A stretch of DNA of 64,000 nt from Octopus sinensis (Eukaryota), in the NCBI RefSeq assembly GCF_006345805.1, contig NC_043008.1:75950001-76014000 (forward strand), written 5' to 3'. The notes below the pieces were generated by a model that was not told the DNA's origin, did not search any database, and saw nothing but the letters and a program-made list of their open reading frames with translations. Each line of letters opens with the position of its first letter. Position 1 is the first letter of the stretch. A program made the position numbers and the translations under genes. This document shows positions 25,696 to 39,370 of the stretch, one piece after another.

Positions 25696-28600
25696 TGTTT
25701 TTTTCTTTCTTTCATCAAATTTTCTTCCGGTTCTCGCCGAGTGTTTTCCATACACCTAGGGCAGAGAAGGGCATTGTATGCATTCCCAGATTAAACACGC
25801 AAATTCAGAGATAAAATATGTATTTAAAAATTAATAAATAAATACATTCATGAATGGATGTTATTTTCACAGCGATAGAGCTCTTCTCAGTACATGAGCC
25901 GTTCCAGTTAATACGATTTTTTGCACTTCCTGTAGGGATGGTAAGCCTGGAATCATTTTCAAATAGCTTTCAGTACCTTTTTTTATCATTCCTAGAGATC
26001 CTACAATCACTGGTACTGTAGTCGCCTTGAAATGCCACATTTTTTTCAATTTCTATTAGCAGGTCTTTATACTTACTAATCTTGTCAAATTCTTTCGCCG
26101 CTAAATTGTGATCACAAGGAATACTCATGTCCATTAACAAACACATCCTTTTTGTCCGATCTTTTATAATAATATCCAGTTTATTAGCTTTTATAGTCCT
26201 GTCGGTCTGCACGAGGAAGTCCCATAGAATCGACACATTTTCTCCCTCAGTCACAGCTTCAGGATGTCAGCGGTTTTGATTTTATAATGCTGACATATTG
26301 TCCAATGTAAATACTGGCCGACTCTGTCATGTCTTGCTTTATATTCTGCAGGTGCTAAGACTCTACACCCTGACATTAGGTGGTCTATTGCTTCAATCTC
26401 ATCGTTACAGAATCGGCATTTTGGGTCAGCTCCATTTTTTATCACATTGGCTTGGTAGTTCCGGGTTAATAAGCTTTGGTCTTGAGCAGCTAATATGAAA
26501 CCTTCACTCTCTGCTTTCAGCCATGAACTTCGTAATAGAGTGAAGTCTTTTAGGTCTTTCATGTTTTGCAACAAGTTTAGCATCCAATCGTTGGTTGCTT
26601 CAAGGTATTTGGCCAGTCCGATTGTGGTGGTTTTGTATGTAAGTTCAAGCTGGATCAAACCTCGGCCTCCCTGAGCTCTGGGAAGGTAAAGGCGATCCAC
26701 GTCTGTCTTTGGATGGTGCATATTATTACAAGTCAGTAGCTTGCAGATTTTTCTGTCAATTTTCATTATTTCACTGGTATTCCAGTTAAGCACATTGAAT
26801 CTATAAAGAACAACTGGTACTGCTAAGGAATTTATGGCTAAAACCTTATTATATACATTCAGCCCAGACTTCAGGACTGCTCGTACTCTTCTATAACAGT
26901 ATTTCCTAACCTTCTCTTTCATGCTTGCATGCTGGATATCAGAGCCTTCATTTATTCCTAGGTATTTATAGGTTTGTTCCTGCTCAAGTTCCTTTATTAC
27001 TATTTCGACATCTAATTCGATTGAACTAGACTTTACCAATTTCCCTTTCTTAAAAATGGCTTTGGCACACTTTTCAAGGCCAAACTTCATCCCGATATCA
27101 TCACTGAATCCTCTCACAGTATGTAATAATCCTTCAAGCTCTTCATCATCTTTGCCATATAGCTTTAGGTCATCCATATAAAATAGATGGCTTATTTTCC
27201 TGTTGTCAATTTTGTAGCCACATCCTGTTCTATTCAGTTCTCTTGAGAGTGGTATTAGTACTATGCAGAAAATTAGTGGTGAAAGTGAGTCACCTTGGAA
27301 AATTCCACAGTTTATGCTAATGTTGTTTGAGTGCAATACTCCATTAGAATGATATAATTGGAGCTTCGTGTTCCATAGTGACATATTATACTTTAAAAAA
27401 TCTGAAATCACAGGAGAAATTTTGAAAATGGCCAGTGGTATCAGAGTCCACGAATGTGATATGCTGTCAAAGGCTTTTTATAATCAATCCATGAAGAGCT
27501 GAGATTTCTACGCTTGTTATGGCAGTTCTCAAGTATCATGCAATTAATTAGGAGCTGATCTTTGCATCCGTATGAGCCTCGTCTGCATCATTTTTGTTCA
27601 GTGGGAAAGAGGTTATTCTTTTCCATAAACGTATATGTCTTCTCTACTAGAATAGATGTCAAGATCTTATATGTAGTAGATAAACATGTTATAGGCCGGT
27701 AATTTTCTGGTTCTTTCATTTTGTTATTTTTGGGGTGGAGATAAGTAATATCATTTGCCATCCAATGGGGCGTTTTTTTCGAGTCTTTCACAACACTATT
27801 AAATAGTATTACTAACATTTTGTGTGCGGACGAGAGTGATGAGAGCCAGAAATTTGGTACTCTATCAATACAAGGGGATTTCCACTTATGAGCTTCCGTT
27901 AGTGCCCTCTTTAGGTCGGCGTTTGAGATGTCTTCCCATCCATGTTCTTGTAGACTTTTGTAGTCATCTTGAGTGCGTTTGATCCACTCTGCAGTTTCAG
28001 TGTATGGCTTCTCATCACTCCAGATCCCCTTCCAAAACTTTTCAACTTCTTCCATTAGGGGTGGAATTTCAATGGTTATTTTTTCTTTCCCTATTTCCCT
28101 GTAAAATGGTTTGGCATTGGATTTGAACATCTTATTTTCTTTGTTGAATTTGATTCTTTTCTCAAATTTGCGTATTCTCTGAGCTTTTGCTTGAACTTTC
28201 TATTTTGTTGAGTGTCCATATTTTCTCACAATCTTCCTGCCTTTTCTTGATCTTACATCATTTCCAAAGATTAGCTCAGTTAATATTGATATCTCCCTTC
28301 GCAATGATTCAATTTGATTTTCTTTTCGAATTTGGTATTGTTGGCTTTTTGGGTGTTAAACAGCGTATTTCGATTACCTTAGCGACAGAGTAAATAATTT
28401 CATTTAATTTATTAAGATCGGGTTTTAGTTGGTGTATGATTTCCTGTGTAACGCAGTTGCCATTTTTTATTTGTGTTTTATGTTGGGGTGCATTTGAGAG
28501 TTTATGGAGTGGTTCCCTATCATTCATAGTTGTATGGTCTACAACTGCAAACTCATTCAGAACTTCTTGTTTCATTTCAATGACAGATTTTCTGTGTTGT

Positions 28601-29290
28601 TCAACAAACATGTGGTCTTCAAATTCTGTTTCGACATCATTTTCCGGGCTGTTTTTTCTAGGGTCATTATACTTTACTTTTTCTTCAGGATCTTGAGTCG
28701 CTTCGGCAGATGGTCGCCTTTCAGACAATGCTTGAGGACCAACTTTCCTCTCCTCAGCTTCGTTATTTCTTCCCTGACTTAAATTTAGGTCATTCTCTAC
28801 CTCTTTTTTAATAGGGGTTAATTCCGCATCTGTGAGTCTAGTATTTCTGCAGATATCTCTTCTAACATTTGCTAATCTGTTTTCATCCAGGTTTGGTCTG
28901 CTAGCTGGATTCCGGCTCCTCCAAATTCTGTAGGAGTTTGCAGTGTGTTTTTCTTGGGTTGGCCTACTTAATGCAAAGTAATAAGCATATATTACTTCTT
29001 TATATTCTTCCCGGTTCCATTTAGTTCTTTTACTTTTTTGATTTTCTGGTCGTTGTGGTGGTGAACTTTGGGGGCTTAATTTGAGACAAATCCCGTTTAA
29101 GTGACCTTCCAGGTTCGTATTCGGGGAAGATATTCTGCCATTTGAACATTTTCCGCCATCAGGCTGGCAGCCTCCTGACGGGCGCGCTTCCTTTATAACC
29201 ATTGGACAAGCGATTCGGTGTACTGTTAGAAATTTTCTTTTCAAGTAAATTTAAATTATTATTAAGTTTTCATTGAAAAGAAAAGAAATA
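25696..29290 (-). mobile_element. R4/Dong-like LINE, subfamily A, near full length, decayed (copy 1)
   Basis: Broken single ORF: RTKWNREEYKEVIYAYY N-terminus, NYRPITCL, GIFQGDSLSPLIF, YMDDLKLY, RLYLPRAQGGRGL, ESEGFILAAQDQ, CCHC, RHD, RLE; 3' UTR runs into an (AAT)n tail. Confidence 0.95.
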
Positions 29291-29301
29291 AATAAATAAA
29301 A

Positions 29302-29717
29302 GTTTTAACCACTAATTTTCATATAGGGACCTCGTTCATCATCATTAGCAGCAGCAATGCTAAAACTACCGGGGCTGCTGATGCTGCTAATGATGATGAA
29401 CGAGGCCCCTATATGAAAATTAGTGGTTAAAACTGTCACTACTACTACTATTGCTACCTCTGCTGTTGTTGCTGCTGCTACTGCTGCTGTTGCCACCGCT
29501 GCTGCTGCTACTGGTACTATCACTGCTGCTGCATTGTCAGCAGTTGCAGCGGCAGCGGTAGTAGCAATAGTAATGGCAGCAGCAACAGCAGCAGTAGTAG
29601 TAGCATCAACAGCATCTGCAGCAGCAGTGATAGTACCAGTAGTAGCAGCAGCGGTGGCAACAGCAGCAGTGGCAGCAGCAACAACAGCAGAGGTAGCAAT
29701 AGTAGTAGTAGTGACAG
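29302..29717. repeat. Two adjacent inverted repeats in a CAG/CTG-rich tract
   Basis: 29302-29354 pairs with ~29378-29432; 29433-29533 pairs with ~29617-29717. Confidence 0.85.
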
Positions 29718-30605
29718 CAGCAGCAGCAGTGGTAGCAGCGGCAGTAGTAGTAGTGGCCGCAGTTGTAGCAGCAGGAGTGGTAGCAGCAGCAGCAGTAGTA
29801 GTGGCCGCAGTTGTAGCAGTAGCAGCAGCAGTAGTAGTAGCAGTAGTAGCTACAGCAGCAGCAGCGCCAGTAGCAGTAGTAGTAGTAAGTGTGGCTCATG
29901 TAATTTTTTTTTTTTAGGTGGGATGGGGTTCTATCAGTAAAAAAAAGTTCAAATGTCTAGCGGACAGTGACCTTAACCTTAAGAAAAATTAAGGAAGGCC
30001 GAGTTACTCTGTTCTGTATTATTTGTGAATAGAGAAGTTGTATTCGACCGGACAGAATCTATAATTAGTATCATTATTTTTTTCCATGTGCGTTTGTGTT
30101 ATTGCAATAAAAAGTGTTTGCATATTTCGGGTAAGGTAATATTGTAGAGATTGAAGTTGACTTTTCTAGAGATGTTTGTATGTCCAGTTAGAAGAACAGG
30201 TGTTTTTGCAATAAAAAGTATATGTTTACATTTATATTTGAATATTCAGTGTGGAAGCAAAGAAAAGTCAGATTTTCATAGAAAGTTTTAAGGTTCACCA
30301 AAGATAGTCTTTTGTAAGTCCACGCAAAGAAAAGCGTGATGTTTTTAGAAAGAGAAAAAAAAAGGGATGTTTACAGTGGCAATTGTGGGTATTAAATCTT
30401 TTAAAGCTGATCGATTGTGTGTTTGAAAACTGTAGATATGTAAATTTGTAAATTTCTTAACTTATTTTGTAGATATTCCAGTCTTTGAGAGTTTTTTTTC
30501 CCCGTTGCTAAACTGGGTCATATTAGTGTTTCTATGGCTTTCGGCTACTGAATTGTCAGAGCAGCGACAATATTATTATTATCATTACTATTATTGTTAT
30601 TATTA

Positions 30606-30656
<51 letters not shown>

Positions 30657-30658
30657 GC

Positions 30659-30865
30659 AAGGCGGCGAGCTGGCAGAATAGTTAGCATGCTGGACGAAAT
30701 GGTTTGCGGTATTTTGCCCATCGCTGTGTTCTGGGTCCACATTCTGCCGAGGTCTGCTTCTCCTTTCATCCTTTCGGCGTCGATAAAATAAGTACCAGCG
30801 CTGGGGTCGATGTAATCGACCAGTTCGCTTCCCACCGAACTTCAGGTTTTGTGCCAACAGTAGAA
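30659..30865 (+). mobile_element. tRNA-derived SINE (Meta/MESC-like family)
   Basis: AAGGCGGCGAGCTGGCAGAATAG head and central domain; lies just after (TTA)n. Confidence 0.85.
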
Positions 30866-30927
30866 TGAGTTATTATTGTTGTTGTTAATATTATTTCTAC
30901 TATTACTATTATTATTTCTTTTGTTGT

Positions 30928-31016
<89 letters not shown>

Positions 31017-31737
31017 ATAGTATTTCTGTTATTGTTTTTCATCCTTATTGTGCCTTTTACAATTAACAACACATCCTTATTACAATGTTTTTTTACTATT
31101 ATTTTACTTTTCTATTTCCAACGAATTTTCCTTTGTGGTACCAAGCTTGGTTAACTACTTCTCAGGCAAGCATATTATTGGTGTCGGCATGAATTTTTTC
31201 TGTTTTATGACAAAGCAAGAGAGAGGGGGGAGGGAGGAGAGAAAAATGAAAGGATATTGAAAGAGAAAGAGAGAGTTAGAGTCTCTTTGAAGTAATCAAT
31301 TTATTGAATCAACTCGATATTTTTATGTTCTTTACACAGTAAAGTTATTTTTTCAGTCATGTGAATACATGACATCTGTAATTTGTTTTCTCCGTATTTT
31401 AATGACATATAACTTTACCAATGTTTTGGAACTTCTAGCTTATTGGCCCTAGCAATATCTCTGAATTGCCAGAATCAGTGGTGTATCATGAAAAAGTATT
31501 TTGCAACATTTAGTTTTATATCATATAGCTGTCGCATTTTCACTTCCACTTAGGTCAACTTTTCCTTTCAATATTATAGAGATTCTGAAAGAAGTGTAAA
31601 ATCAGTAATAGGGGCAAACTTAAAAGATTTCAAATTAAATCAAAATGTAAATAAATGTGACTCCATATCAAGAAATAGCCATATTGTTTGAGGAATCATT
31701 TTATGTCTTTTTAGTTTCATAAATCCCTACAGAATAA

Positions 31738-31900
31738 GTGCAGGCGTTATTGTGTAGTAATTTGCTTCCCGATCACATAGTTTTGGATTCATCCCTACTG
31801 CGTGTTACCTTTGACAAGTGTCTTCTACCATAGCCTAAGGTTGACCAAAGCCTTTTGAGAGGATTTGGTAGACGGAAACTGAAAGAATCCCGTTGTATAT
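31738..31900 (+). mobile_element. CORE-like tRNA SINE, 5' half
   Basis: ...gacaagtgtcttctaccatagcc...ggatttggtagacggaaactgaaagaa matches 39600-39770. Confidence 0.8.
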
Positions 31901-32099
31901 ATGTGTGCATATATGGTATAATCTGCCATTTTATTACGTAATAAGCAGTAATTAGTATAATTAAGTTGTTTTAGCAAATTAGATAAGACCCCCCCCCCCA
32001 TTACACAAATATTACTATATATTCTCCCGTTAGAGTTTCCTGTTCTATCCTCTCTATTCTAGACACGATTATAGCTGGCCTGAACAGGAAAAAACATAA

Positions 32100-32967
32100 A
32101 CCCGCCTCGTAACATTAGTCATAATAACCACATTGTCATAAGTAATACTAAGACTAAAATATCAATATCCCCAGTAAATATAATCCCCTTAATGCTGTTG
32201 AAGCTAAAAACATCAATGGGACCGGGCTAGCTACAAATGATAGTAGTAGCAATTGTCTTCGCAGTAAGCATGTTCATGAACTACGCATAGCTGGCTTAGA
32301 ATTATGCCCCAATAAACCCCTATCTATTCCTGATCCATTGCTGATAGACTCTGATTGTATAATCCCTTCTGAGCCTACGCATACTCACCATCTACTAACA
32401 TGAATATAACAAAGAATAATAACGACATTACATGTGTTAAAATTGCTTCTGGCCGTAACTATATGAACACTGTTAGCACCCGCTGTGATAATCCCTTAAG
32501 GCAAAATAGTATAGGAAGTATTACTCATAAATCAATTACGTCATGGCCAACAATATATGGAATTGTTTGGATAAAAATTTCCGTCCGCTTTCGGGTCACT
32601 ATACAGCTGAAGATGTTGTATACATGTGTACTATGATGACAGAGGATAATATTTATGTTTATAAATGTTGCTCCGGAGATATGAAAAACAGGGTACATCA
32701 CCATATGTCATTCTTTAAACTATGACATAGAGATAGCAGAGCATCATTAGCCACGATGTTTTGGGAACTCAAAGACGATAATATCGAATTCATTATTACA
32801 TTGGATGGCAAAACCATACTTCAACAGCAAATATGAGTGCACACCATGCTGTATGGAAATAAAGCATGAGAATAATGAAATTTTGATTAATTATAAACTG
32901 GACCTTCGTATTTCATGCATTCATAAAGTAACCCGTACTTTTAAACATCTTAAAGGTATTCACTAAC
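32100..32967 (+). mobile_element. Naiad-like PLE endonuclease remnant
   Basis: (W)NCLDKNF(R)PLSGH..EDVVYMC, KNRVHHHMSFF, SLATMFWELKD, CTPCCME, SCIHK: same motif order as 62942-63640, decayed. Confidence 0.7.
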
Positions 32968-33609
32968 CTCTCAAATTAGGTTTTAGCCAATGTAGGACAA
33001 GTCTTAGTCTTACTGCTTTTTTATATATAAGTCTGTACAGCCTAAAGACTGGCATGGTCATCTAGCAAGATTTTTCTTATTCTCCTAGTCTCTACCACTA
33101 ATCAATCTATATAACTAGATTCTATTATAGGTGGTGTATGTGATACTGAAGGAACTCATCATGTAACCCTATTAACCTACGAAGGAGTAATCATTTTATC
33201 CCATCAGATCTAATCATATATAATTGTGTCCTATACATTTGACATAACTATTTACCTTCAGGTACCTATAAATCAATACTTATAAACGATAACTTATAAA
33301 CGATACTAATCAGATATATCCTACTCTCTTCTCTTTATTGTGTGATATATATTAGATAATTTACCCACTGAACTCTATAATTTGAATAACAAGTAGTATG
33401 CTAATACCACTACACCTTTTTTCCTCTAATTTCGACCCTAACTAGTGCTTATCAGTTAAGTACCTGATCCCCTGGAGACCTTAATATTCTATATGCAAGT
33501 ATGTTATGTTGTTATGTTTGTTTTTATGTTCACCTAGAGTAAAAAGTATTATATTATACTCTATTCTAGAGTACAAATCTATTGTGTTAAAATAAGATTA
33601 TCTTTAAGA

Positions 33610-33650
33610 GCGACTTCGAAGTTTCGGCCACTTGAGCTATCGTCGGGCAT
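33610..33650 (-). ncRNA. Degenerate minimal hammerhead
   Basis: Minus strand gc-CCGACGA-tagctcaagtggcc-GAAAC TTCGAA GTC-gc; palindromic stem III, U4C core change, weak stems I and II. Confidence 0.5.
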
Positions 33651-34221
33651 GCTTAAATAACTGAAATTTCGATGCTACTCTGAATTGTTATATATACGAA
33701 TATACATAGATACACACACGCATTCACACACTTACACACATACACATACATACATATATAAGTATGTGTATAAGTATGTGTGTGTGTATGTGTGTATGCG
33801 TGTCCTTGTGTGTGTATGCGTGTGAATTAATGATTTTATAAGTGCCCAGCAAATCAAAAAAAACCTTATAGGTAAAACCAGTATATAAATATATAATTAT
33901 GTAGCTATAATTATGATACAGGGCAATGAAGGCACAGCGCCTATATGCTAGAAGTGGACGCCAAATAACTCTATACCACTTCAAATTTCACTCCATTTAC
34001 ACAGGTTGAAAGCGAGAAAAATGGACAATAAAGTTTTACTAAAAACAATACAGCTTACTAATAATGACTTTACCTTCATCAGTAAGGTATACCGAACGTA
34101 CATAAATGAAAATAGACGTAAACACCCATACAGACGCATGCCTATAAATACAAATGTATACAAATATTTACACACACCCATATATTAAAATATACGGAGC
34201 AAATCATATATATATATGTAT

Positions 34222-35067
34222 ACTAGCAGCATAGCCCGGCTTTGCTCGGGATTAAGTTAGGATTATTAAGCTAATCAATCTCTTTATTTCAAACCAAACT
34301 AAGTAACATCGACGTCAAATTTTGGCTGAAAATGAGTTGCTGACAATTTGATTGGGAGATACCATAAGGAATCGGTTTATCGATTTTTTACACTCATCGA
34401 TTTTTTTTCGGTTTTGGAGAACATAAGGCATTCAAAGATCTCAGGAGTCCTAAGTAATGCTGGCATAAAGTTTGAACAAAATACATCAAAATTGGTAAAA
34501 GTTATGGTTGAGAATGGGGTGTAGCCAATTTTAGTGGGAAGTCCTATAAGGAATCGGTTTGTCGATTTTATTTTTAGCCTGATTAAATAGAAAACCTCAT
34601 AAGGAATCAGTTTATTGATTTTTCACTCCAAATAGGACTTATACGCACACAACAACATTGCTGATTCAAAAACATCAATATTTATACTTTAAAGTTGGTT
34701 TTCATACCCAACCCAGTTCTGCAGAATCAGTGTCACGTCGTGAGCGCATGGATTGGGAATTTGATCGGTAGAGGTGATCAGGTTGCATATGCCAACCCTT
34801 TTGAAAACACCACCCCATCATGTAACCCCCCTTTTCCCATGGGTTGGGAACCCTTCCAGCAAAGAAAATAGAACGCCCAAAAGGGCCTCCAATCCCCTGT
34901 GTGAGAAGCGGCTATGTTCAGATCACAACTAAGTATATATATATGGGCATCACACACACACACAAACATATACGTACATACACCTATTTTCGAAACATTG
35001 TTTACAAAATAACAGCTGATCGTTTGCCAAGGAGTGTGTCTCGGGCAACACACACACACACACACAT

Positions 35068-35100
<33 letters not shown>

Positions 35101-35480
35101 CATACAAACATACATACACACGCACAAACACATACGTACATACACCTATTTTCGAAACGTTGTTTACAAAATAATAGCTGATATTTCGCCTATCAACCAC
35201 TCATTAAAAGGAGGAAACTTTTAAAATCTTTTCTCTCTCTCTCCCCCTCTCTTTACACCGTCGCTAGAAAGAGACTTATCTCATATTTGCAAATGGCGTA
35301 TATCCCCGACTTGAAAAATGCTTAAAGATATGGCTAAAAATTATTTTTACCGTTATTTGCTGCTGCCTCGGGGGAAAATAATTTGACGAAAATACTGCTA
35401 GGGTCGAGAAGAATGTCCTCGTAAAATCTGAGTGACATGCGTGCTAATTTGTGGACGTGCATAATTTATATTCACGTACA
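34222..35480 (-). mobile_element. Non-autonomous Helitron-like element
   Basis: Minus-strand 3' end CCCGAGCAAAGCCGGG hairpin + TGCTGCTAG|T; internal repeats (ataaggaatc.gttt three times; ~70-bp repeat at ~34950 and ~35115). 5' boundary approximate. Confidence 0.7.
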
Positions 35481-35504
35481 CACACACACACACACACATC
35501 ATGT

Positions 35505-35583
<79 letters not shown>

Positions 35584-35609
35584 GTGTGTTTGTGTGTGTG
35601 TGAAAAAAG

Positions 35610-37150
35610 AAGAAAATGTTGAAATTTACGTATAGACATCAATTTATACAAAGATATTCAAGTTAATGTATGGAATTCCTATTCCTACAGCCGTTTCCAT
35701 TTCAAATTAATTCAATTCTATCAAATCCGATGGTAGGTTTTTGAATACCAATAATCATGAAAAATTAGTTACCTACTTGTATATAATTTGCAGTATTAAT
35801 ATTTTAATATTAATATTTAATATAATATTTTAATATTAATATATCTACTAAGAATGCTTTAATTCTTTACAGTTATAGATGTACTGAACCCGAAATACCG
35901 ACCGATTCAAACTACGAGTAGCTTTAACATATAATTCATTGTTTCAAATATCTAATGGTAGGAACTGAGAGACCATACTCATATTTAAGAAGAACCACCT
36001 GGAAAATAGAATTTGATACAATTCTTCAAGACAGAAAAGTATAATTTCCAATCTTATAAACTGTAGCCTTACTTATAATTTCCGTCTTCCCAGAAAAGAA
36101 CATTGTCCCAAATAAATTTATTGATGCTAGAAGACTTTTCCTATTGTTAAAGATAGATATATGGTTAGGTATTAGTCTCTTGATAAAATTTTGCGTTGCT
36201 CCTACTTAAAAGAAATTCTTCCCTTCAGATTTTACCTTACATTTGTAAACAACATTTTTTTTGTTACAATAATGTTTAAATAAACATTTATTTCTAGCCT
36301 TGCAATCACAAAATAAATCTTCATTACTACTCGTATTAATATTCTGTTTTATATCATTACCTTCAGTATGATTGCTATTTGCTATATTACTTATATTCAA
36401 GAGGTTGAGATGGTATTTAATTTGGGCTGTTTCCCGTTGTATACTAGACGACTCAAGTATACATTACTTATTAACATTTATTCTAAGAGCATTACCCTTG
36501 GTTCATTTACTACGGTTATAATTATCATGAAAATTATACACTTTTTTGTCGTTAATTGATGAAATAACCCGGGACAAATTATCTGACAGAGAAAAGGCAA
36601 CTTTAAGAAGTCTAGGTTTAATAATATCATTAATATCTATTTTACTTTGCAAAGTGTTTATAAAAAAGCTTGTATAATGCTCCGAGAAAATTAGTCTTGA
36701 TTTAGCGAATGGAATTATGAACCAAATAATGTCGTCCTTAATGTCGTTCTTGCATTATAATTTTAAATTTTTCGAACCTTATTGAATATATAAGAAGGTT
36801 GTTTTTTTACTCTAAAACTCATATTCCTAACCGTATGAGGATAATTAGCAGAACGAAGTAAGACACTGGATGTTGTAGTTTGTATATCATTTTTCTCATT
36901 TAACCTTACCCTGTCTCCCGTTACTGGAACTTTGTTTGAAATCTTTACTAACATGATAAAAATCAATGTTGCTAAAGATTCCGATGTTCATATTTTTAGG
37001 ATAATACTTCAACATTCGTTTATATCCAGCTTTGCTGAGTGTCACATTATACAATTCAGCATATTAGACGATAGATTGGAAATTCTTTTAGAGATATTTT
37101 AAACCGAAACATATTTTTACAGAACTGTAATGATTACTTTCGCCATTTAT
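35610..37150 (-). mobile_element. Naiad-like PLE remnant (copy 1)
   Basis: IIWFIIPFAKS; CDCKARNKCLFKHYCNKKNVVYKCKV..VGAT..KRLIPNH; downstream GAAAC GGCT GTA HHR half at ~35686-35697 (minus). Confidence 0.75.
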
Positions 37151-37158
37151 ACGTATAC

Positions 37159-37233
<75 letters not shown>

Positions 37234-37259
37234 GTGTGTTGTGTGTGTGTGAAAAAAGA

Positions 37260-38800
37260 AGAAAATGTTGAAATTTACGTATAGACATCAATTTATACAA
37301 AGATATTCAAGTTAATGTATGGAATTCCTATTCCTACAGCCGTTTCCATTTCAAATTAATTCAATTCTATCAAATCCGATGGTAGGTTTTTGAATACCAA
37401 TAATCATGAAAAATTAGTTACCTACTTGTATATAATTTGCAGTATTAATATTTTAATATTAATATTTAATATAATATTTTAATATTAATATATCTACTAA
37501 GAATGCTTTAATTCTTTACAGTTATAGATGTACTGAACCCGAAATACCGACCGATTCAAACTACGAGTAGCTTTAACATATAATTCATTGTTTCAAATAT
37601 CTAATGGTAGGAACTGAGAGACCATACTCATATTTAAGAAGAACCACCTGGAAAATAGAATTTGATACAATTCTTCAAGACAGAAAAGTATAATTTCCAA
37701 TCTTATAAACTGTAGCCTTACTTATAATTTCCGTCTTCCCAGAAAAGAACATTGTCCCAAATAAATTTATTGATGCTAGAAGACTTTTCCTATTGTTAAA
37801 GATAGATATATGGTTAGGTATTAGTCTCTTGATAAAATTTTGCGTTGCTCCTACTTAAAAGAAATTCTTCCCTTCAGATTTTACCTTACATTTGTAAACA
37901 ACATTTTTTTTGTTACAATAATGTTTAAATAAACATTTATTTCTAGCCTTGCAATCACAAAATAAATCTTCATTACTACTCGTATTAATATTCTGTTTTA
38001 TATCATTACCTTCAGTATGATTGCTATTTGCTATATTACTTATATTCAAGAGGTTGAGATGGTATTAATTTGGGCTGTTTCCCGTTGTATACTAGACGAC
38101 TCAAGTATACATTACTTATTAACATTTATTCTAAGAGCATTACCCTTGGTTCATTTACTACGGTTATAATTATCATGAAAATTATACACTTTTTTGTCGT
38201 TAATTGATGAAATAACCCGGGACAAATTATCTGACAGAGAAAAGGCAACTTTAAGAAGTCTAGGTTTAATAATATCATTAATATCTATTTTACTTTGCAA
38301 AGTGTTTATAAAAAAGCTTGTATAATGCTCCGAGAAAATTAGTCTTGATTTAGCGAATGGAATTATGAACCAAATAATGTCGTCCTTAATGTCGTTCTTG
38401 CATTATAATTTTAAATTTTTCGAACCTTATTGAATATATAAGAAGGTTGTTTTTTTACTCTAAAACTCATATTCCTAACCGTATGAGGATAATTAGCAGA
38501 ACGAAGTAAGACACTGGATGTTGTAGTTTGTATATCATTTTTCTCATTTAACCTTACCCTGTCTCCCGTTACTGGAACTTTGTTTGAAATCTTTACTAAC
38601 ATGATAAAAATCAATGTTGCTAAAGATTCCGATGTTCATATTTTTAGGATAATACTTCAACATTCGTTTATATCCAGCTTTGCTGAGTGTCACATTATAC
38701 AATTCAGCATATTAGACGATAGATTGGAAATTCTTTTAGAGATATTTTAAACCGAAACATATTTTTACAGAACTGTAATGATTACTTTCGCCATTTATAC
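37260..38800 (-). mobile_element. Naiad-like PLE remnant (copy 2)
   Basis: Duplicate of 35610-37150. Confidence 0.75.
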
Positions 38801-38812
38801 GTATACGTGTAT

Positions 38813-38843
<31 letters not shown>

Positions 38844-38933
38844 GTATAAGGGTGAAAAGGAACACACGAGTTGATATATATGAAAAAACAAGTAAAAATA
38901 GAAAATGCTAAAATAATTTTATAGTGAACATTT

Positions 38934-38971
38934 CAGTACCGGTTTCGGTCATTTTGAGACCTTTTCAACTG
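38934..38971 (-). ncRNA. Minimal hammerhead, U3-A8 core variant (left arm)
   Basis: Reverse complement of 39256-39293. Confidence 0.7.
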
Positions 38972-39255
38972 TAACGATTAAATAATTAAATTTAGAAAAA
39001 TTAGAAGAAAAGTTTTTTTAAAAGAATATTTCTATAGTAGTGTTCAGATTTAAGTGGCATTCTGCCTTTCTCTGACTCCCTTGTTTGCACTTGTGTGTTC
39101 GAGGTAGTTGAACACACAACTACCTCGAACACACAAGTGCAAACAAGGGAGTCAGAGAAAGGCAGAATGCCACTTAAATCTGAACACTACTATAGAAATA
39201 TTCTTTTAAAAAAACTTTTCTTCTAATTTTTCTAAATTTAATTATTTAATCGTTA

Positions 39256-39293
39256 CAGTTGAAAAGGTCTCAAAATGACCGAAACCGGTACTG
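39256..39293 (+). ncRNA. Minimal hammerhead, U3-A8 core variant (right arm)
   Basis: CAG-TTGAAAA-GGTC tcaaaat GACC-GAAAC CG GTA-CTG: stem I CAG/CTG, stem II GGTC/GACC, palindromic ACCGGT stem III, GUA site ending at 39290. Confidence 0.7.
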
Positions 39294-39370
39294 AAATGTT
39301 CACTATAAAATTATTTTAGCATTTTCTATTTTTTACTTGTTTTTTCATATATATATATATATATATATAT

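Larger units (their letters stand above)
35507..38820. repeat. Near-identical tandem duplication, ~1.65-kb unit
   Basis: ORFs 36206/37855 and 36763/38411 are identical; units are joined at (TA)n(TG)n; the differences I spotted are single-base indels and repeat length. Confidence 0.95.
38875..39356. repeat. Near-perfect palindrome (~236-bp arms, 6-bp spacer 39111-39116)
   Basis: Arms are reverse complements; I found one homopolymer indel; flanked by (TA)n. Confidence 0.95.

Noticed and set aside
29423-29917. 164-aa Ala/Val-rich ORF resembling an antifreeze or membrane protein
   Set aside because: Product of a GCA/GTA trinucleotide tract with an internal inversion; no gene context.
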